From: Dehalococcoidia bacterium
Lineage (GTDB): Bacteria > Chloroflexota > Dehalococcoidia > Lucifugimonadales > UBA6952
Assembly (NCBI GenBank): GCA_022450525.1
Contig: JAKUQA010000006.1
Span: forward strand, 912 to 64,911
Direction: 5' to 3'
DNA: 64,000 nt
Shown: one piece after another, positions 61,198 to 64,000 of the stretch
How positions within the stretch are numbered: the stretch's first letter is position 1
Layout of the letters: each line of letters opens with the position of its first letter
The notes under the pieces: generated by a model
What the model was told of the DNA's origin: nothing
Database searches by the model: none
What the model saw: the letters and a program-made list of their open reading frames with translations, nothing else
Program-made: the position numbers and the translations under genes

Positions 61198-62727
61198 TTG
61201 GGAGAGATTATGAGTAATTTAAATAATGCTAATATTCTAATGGATGTCATTAAGAATGCTAAACAAGATAACATCGCTCTTAAAACACCAGAAGGTATTA
61301 CTTTAACTTATGCTAATGTTTTAAACCAAATTAATAGAATAAATAATCAGTTGCAAAATATTGGTGTTACTCCTGGAGACCGTATAGCAATGATTTTGCC
61401 AAACGCAATAGAAACAGTAATATGTTTCATCTCTGCAGCATCAGTAGGTACAGCAGCACCGTTAAATCCTGGATACAAACGTGATGAATTAGAGTTTTAT
61501 TTGGATGATACAGATGCCAAAGTGGTGATTGTTCCTGAAGATTTTGATCACTCTAATTTAGACTTTTTAAATGGTGATGTGAATGTGGCAACAGTTGTTG
61601 TAACGGATGAAGGAGAAGTTTCCTTAAAAGATGTAGATGATACATCTTCTTCTGGAGTATATGCTTCTTCTGATGATGTGGCATTGGTTCTACACACTAG
61701 TGGAACTACAAGTCGACCTAAAAGAGTTCCATTAAAACACAGTAATTTATTATCCTCAATTTCAAATATAGCTGATACATATAATTTAAATAATAGTGAT
61801 GTATCACTATGCGTTATGCCATTATTTCACGTGCACGGTTTAGTTGCTTCATTACTTTCAACATTAGCCACAAGTGGCACAGTTGTAATACCTTCAGGAT
61901 TTAATCCTTTACGAATGAATCAATGGATTAGTGATCACAATGTTACATGGTATACCGCAGTTCCAACCATGCATCAAACTTTCGTTAATCGAATTAAAAG
62001 TCAAAGCAAAGGTGAAGATGCTCAAATAAATTCAGAATTACGATTTATTAGATCGTGTAGTTCTTCATTAGCGCCAATATTAATGGATGATTTGGAATCT
62101 ATTTTTCAGGTACCAGTATTGGAAGCATACGGAATGACTGAAGCATCCCATCAAATGTCATCAAATCCATTACCTCCAAGCGATAGACTACCTGGTTCTG
62201 TCGGTACTCCTACAGGTATAGAAATTGCCATAATGGATGAAGAAGGTAACTTACTCGAGAATCATGAGCTTGGTGAAGTTGTAATTAAAGGAAAAAATGT
62301 AATTGATGCATATGAAGATAATCCTGAAGCTAATAGCACTGCATTTACTAATGGATGGTTTAGGACTGGTGATCAGGGAGTGATAGATGATAATGGTTAT
62401 TTAAGTCTAACTGGAAGATTAAAAGAATTAATCAACAGAAGTGGTGAAAAAATATCACCGAGAGAAATTGATGAAGCTTTGATGGATCATCCAAACGTTG
62501 CTGAGGCAGTAGCATTTGGTGCTCCTAGTTCAGTTCATGGAGAAGAGCCTTCAGCTGCTGTTGTATTAAGTGAAGAAGTTTCTGAACAAGAACTGATTTC
62601 TTTTGTTCGGGAAAAGTTAGCTAATTTTAAATGCCCAAGAAGGATATATATTGTTGAATCAATTCCACGGACAGCAACTGGTAAAATTCAACGTCGTTTA
62701 GTAGCTGAAGAATTAGCTTCATCGTAA
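61198..62727 (+). CDS. AMP-forming acyl-CoA synthetase (oxalate-CoA-ligase/AAE3-Pcs60-like)
   Basis: 509 aa. LHTSGTTSRPK AMP-binding motif, EAYGMTE, GWFRTGD, PRTATGKIQRR. LNPGYKRDELEFYLDD and TSRPKRVPLKHSNL resemble my recollection of oxalyl-CoA synthetases. Confidence 0.8.
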   Translation: MGEIMSNLNNANILMDVIKNAKQDNIALKTPEGITLTYANVLNQINRINNQLQNIGVTPGDRIAMILPNAIETVICFISAASVGTAAPLNPGYKRDELEFYLDDTDAKVVIVPEDFDHSNLDFLNGDVNVATVVVTDEGEVSLKDVDDTSSSGVYASSDDVALVLHTSGTTSRPKRVPLKHSNLLSSISNIADTYNLNNSDVSLCVMPLFHVHGLVASLLSTLATSGTVVIPSGFNPLRMNQWISDHNVTWYTAVPTMHQTFVNRIKSQSKGEDAQINSELRFIRSCSSSLAPILMDDLESIFQVPVLEAYGMTEASHQMSSNPLPPSDRLPGSVGTPTGIEIAIMDEEGNLLENHELGEVVIKGKNVIDAYEDNPEANSTAFTNGWFRTGDQGVIDDNGYLSLTGRLKELINRSGEKISPREIDEALMDHPNVAEAVAFGAPSSVHGEEPSAAVVLSEEVSEQELISFVREKLANFKCPRRIYIVESIPRTATGKIQRRLVAEELASS

Positions 62728-62746
62728 TACTTTAAGGAAGACAAAT

Positions 62747-63724
62747 ATGAAGATTGCTATATATGGAGCTGGTGCTATAGGTGCTTTATTAGGAGCTAAA
62801 CTTCATCTTAGTGGTGAAGACGTAACATTAATTGCGAGAGGTCCTCATTTACAAGCAATGCAAAAATCGGGTGTAACAGTTATTGAATCTGGAGAAACAT
62901 ATATCTCGCACCCTTCTTTGGCTGAAAATCCTAAAGATATTGGCCCAGTAGATTATTTATTTATCACTGTGAAAACCAACGGATTGGAAGCAATAGCAGA
63001 AAATATACCATATCTTTGTGATCAAAATACTGCTGTTGTAACTGCTCAAAACGGAATTCCGTGGTGGTATTTTTATGGTTTAGATACTAAATTTAAAAAT
63101 ACGAAACTTAATTCTCTAGATCCCAATAATATTATACATTCGAATATAGAAAATAAGAGAATAATAGGATGTATAGTTTATCCTTCAGCAATTATTTCTG
63201 AACCAGGCGTTGTAACTCATCTAGAAGGAGATCGATTCTCTTTAGGAGAACCTGATGGTAGTATTTCTGAAAGATGTAAAAACCTTTCTGCAGCATTAAT
63301 TAAAGCTGGTTTTAAAAGTCCTGTTAGACCAAATTTACGAAATGAAATATGGGTCAAATTAATGGGGAATATAGCTATGAATCCTATTAGTATGATAACG
63401 AGAGGAAGTTTAAAAGATATTACTGAGAATGAAACTACAAGAGAATTTGCTCGTAATGTTATGTTGGAAGCAGAAACTGTAGCAACAACCTTAGGTGTAA
63501 AAATGCAAGTTACAGTTGATCAGAGACTTGAAGGTGCAAATAGTGTTGGAGATCACAAAACATCAATGTTGCAAGATTACGAACAAGGTCGACCAATTGA
63601 ATTAGAAAGTATTATTGGTTCCGTTGTGGAACTTGCAGATATTTTACATATACAGGTTCCCAATATAAAAACTCTATATGGAATTTCAAAAATGCTTGCC
63701 ATAAAGTCCGGTATTTATAAGTGA
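62747..63724 (+). CDS. 2-dehydropantoate 2-reductase (ApbA/PanE) family oxidoreductase
   Basis: 325 aa. MKIAIYGAGAIGALLGAKL Rossmann start, TVKT, ..HKTSMLQD motif of the ketopantoate reductase family. Confidence 0.7.
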   Translation: MKIAIYGAGAIGALLGAKLHLSGEDVTLIARGPHLQAMQKSGVTVIESGETYISHPSLAENPKDIGPVDYLFITVKTNGLEAIAENIPYLCDQNTAVVTAQNGIPWWYFYGLDTKFKNTKLNSLDPNNIIHSNIENKRIIGCIVYPSAIISEPGVVTHLEGDRFSLGEPDGSISERCKNLSAALIKAGFKSPVRPNLRNEIWVKLMGNIAMNPISMITRGSLKDITENETTREFARNVMLEAETVATTLGVKMQVTVDQRLEGANSVGDHKTSMLQDYEQGRPIELESIIGSVVELADILHIQVPNIKTLYGISKMLAIKSGIYK

Positions 63725-63739
63725 TTAGGAGTTAATCGC

Positions 63740-64000
63740 ATGGATAAAAATGATCAAATTAACAAATTTGTTGAATTTTCAAAAGAAATTATTAAAACCG
63801 AAGGAATCAATGAAGAAACTTTATCAAAAATTTCTAAAGAATTATCCAAACTTTCTAATATTGAAGATTTATTTAGGTTTGGTAATCATCGTGGAAGAGG
63901 TGCAAATGCAGCTGAATCGTATGTATTGTACGAAGATGCAGATCCCCATGGCCCAGTTCTCCAATTAGCAAAATTTGATGGACCTACTGCGATTCACAAT
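63740..64000 (+). CDS. Partial CDS running off the window (possible cupin / cysteine-dioxygenase-like protein)
   Basis: ATG 63740 sits behind AGGAG (63727-31). The frame is open for 87 codons to the window end (MDKNDQINKFVEFSKEII...YVLYEDADPHGPVLQLAKFDGPTAIHN). It is absent from the track because there is no stop. The family guess is weak. Confidence 0.4.
   Translation, partial: MDKNDQINKFVEFSKEIIKTEGINEETLSKISKELSKLSNIEDLFRFGNHRGRGANAAESYVLYEDADPHGPVLQLAKFDGPTAIHN

Noticed and set aside
63750-63968. Track ORF of 72 aa (MIKLTNLLNFQKKLLKPKES...).
   Set aside because: A different frame starting at ATG 63740 has a proper SD and stays open to the window end with a more protein-like composition. 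The track ORF is probably its out-of-frame shadow.
1-64000. Scan for tRNA, rRNA, tmRNA, RNase P, CRISPR repeats, IS elements, integrases, toxin-antitoxin pairs or obvious defence genes.
   Set aside because: No intergenic region is long or GC-rich enough to hold one, except 32211-32470. No repeated spacers or terminal inverted repeats were noticed, and no ORF shows transposase, integrase or nuclease-defence motifs. This was a by-eye search only, so small RNAs inside genes cannot be excluded.

Overview
AT-rich window (roughly one-third G+C by eye, not computed) that is very densely coded. I count about 58 protein genes. I found no rRNA, tRNA, CRISPR array, transposase or integrase. All calls rest on motif recognition in the supplied translations and on reading the DNA by hand; no searches were run.

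Housekeeping genes: dnaJ(partial)-prmA, gpsA-plsY-der, argF, recF, ftsK, a yceD-rpmF-fabD-nusB-acpP block, ruvB, pcrA, rpoB-rpoC, fabI, fumC, ftsH, a greA-like gene and pepN.

These are interleaved with organic-acid and acyl-CoA metabolism genes: four family III (CaiB/BaiF-type) CoA-transferases in two tandem pairs, a crotonase, an SDR, an acyl-CoA dehydrogenase inside a split B12-dependent acyl-CoA mutase, an HMG-CoA-lyase-like protein, MmgE/PrpD, an enolase-superfamily enzyme, Ldh_2, an amidase, a tartrate/isopropylmalate-type dehydrogenase and an AMP-forming ligase. The mix is reminiscent of streamlined marine heterotrophs such as SAR202-type Chloroflexota, but that taxonomic guess is unverified.

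Most interesting observations:
1. Two adjacent minus-strand track ORFs (50097-50453 and 50472-50993) are really one gene interrupted by an in-frame TGA. A hairpin sits at SECIS-like spacing after it. The result is a GrdB/PrdB-family selenoprotein (U-x-x-C). It is coupled to an atypical amidohydrolase-fold protein, and none of the usual glycine or proline reductase partner genes are in the window.
2. A locally GC-rich structured leader (about 32297-32410) has glycine-riboswitch-like core motifs. It lies upstream of a monocistronic HMG-CoA-lyase-like gene.
3. A second PlsY-like membrane protein has its conserved Lys/His/Lys positions all replaced by Thr.
4. A GreA factor carries an extra N-terminal domain of about 115 aa.
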